Below, piece after piece: positions 63,021 to 64,000 of a DNA stretch of 64,000 bases. Each line of letters opens with the position of its first letter. Within the stretch, counting starts at the first letter, position 1. The notes beneath the pieces were generated by a model. It had not been told where the DNA came from. It was given only the letters and a program-made list of their open reading frames with translations, and made no database searches. This DNA is from Octopus sinensis (Eukaryota): positions 48,980,001 to 49,044,000 of the forward strand of contig NC_042999.1 of the NCBI RefSeq assembly GCF_006345805.1. The letters run 5' to 3'. Both the position numbers and the translations under genes were made by a program.

Positions 63021-64000
63021 CAGCAAAGTATTTGTGTCTGGTAAGCCTCTTTTGTTTTCTTATGGTATGGTTTCTTTTATCTATTTGTAATATATTTTAA
63101 AGCAAAATCGCTAGTGTTTCCGACTAATTACAGTTATGTGAGTCTTATTTATCCACCTAGCCTAAAATCACTTTTGATATATTTCTTAGTGAATTTCAAA
63201 ACAAATGGCGGGACAATGCGTGAATCTTGGTAATCATTCACCTTATAATTAGGCTTCGTAATTAACTGTGTGTGTGTGTACAATACGAAAGTTTCAGGTA
63301 CTTTCATTGTTTTAGTTTTTTTCCTTTGTCTTCGTTTATTTTCCTTTTTCGTTTTGAATCAGTGGAGGTCAAACGAATAAAGTAGTTTTATAATTATAGG
63401 ACAGTTTAGTGTAATGGCAAATATACAACCATCTGACATATATAAAAGAAAAAAAAGGAATAAATGGAGCTTCCCAGCTCGTAATAAGACCATCGTACAC
63501 TGTAATAAGAACGGTACATCAACATTACAATACATATCATACTAGAAGAGACAGTAGTTTAGATTTATACCGCAGAATATCTTACCAACAGGATTTACAG
63601 TTCTGTTTTATGTATATCGTGAAGCCCACAGACATAATGCAAGTTTCAAGAAATACAAGCTTTATAAAATATCAGCAAGTAACTGTGTGATGTAACACAA
63701 ACGAAGGTGGCTTAATGCAAATAACAATTAAGTAGTAACCTTGAAATACTTAAAATATATAATTTGAACAATGAAAGTGAAAGTAACACACGTGACTAAC
63801 ATAACAGCGACTAAGGTAACAGAGGCACATGCTATATGGTATACAACGTAAGTCAGTCATGAAAACGATTCATAAAAGATGACGTCAGATTGTGTTTTGT
63901 TAATACAAAACAATATAAATAAGTATATTTCAATGTGTCCAATTAGAAATTAAAATTTTACGTAAGTGAAATTATTCATTAGGAGCCATTTAAAAACTAA

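Overview
AT-rich eukaryotic DNA, dense in microsatellites and repeats, with no intact long protein-coding ORF. The SINE families and microsatellite load resemble an octopus (cephalopod) genome; this is an inference from recall, not a database result. The window is largely decayed mobile elements: a frameshifted Penelope-like element (PLE; RT + GIY-YIG) at 1-3570, further PLE remnants, a near full-length mariner, three copies of one internally deleted mariner, a maT/DD37D-like element, R4/Dong- and Tx1-like LINE fragments, non-autonomous Helitron-like elements, a MITE and several tRNA-derived SINE families. Most striking signal: about ten type I hammerhead ribozyme (HHR) motifs in mostly unrelated flanking sequences. 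One has an intact core and all three stems (26523-26605). Two loci are head-to-head fold-back inverted repeats that start at the ribozyme and have a hairpin in the spacer (26319-26654, 36531-36916). Also notable: head-body-body SINE multimers apparently produced by self-insertion, a decayed tandem EGF-coding segment, and a few weak candidate micro-exons suggesting the window may be intronic. All structures were read by eye and need computational confirmation.
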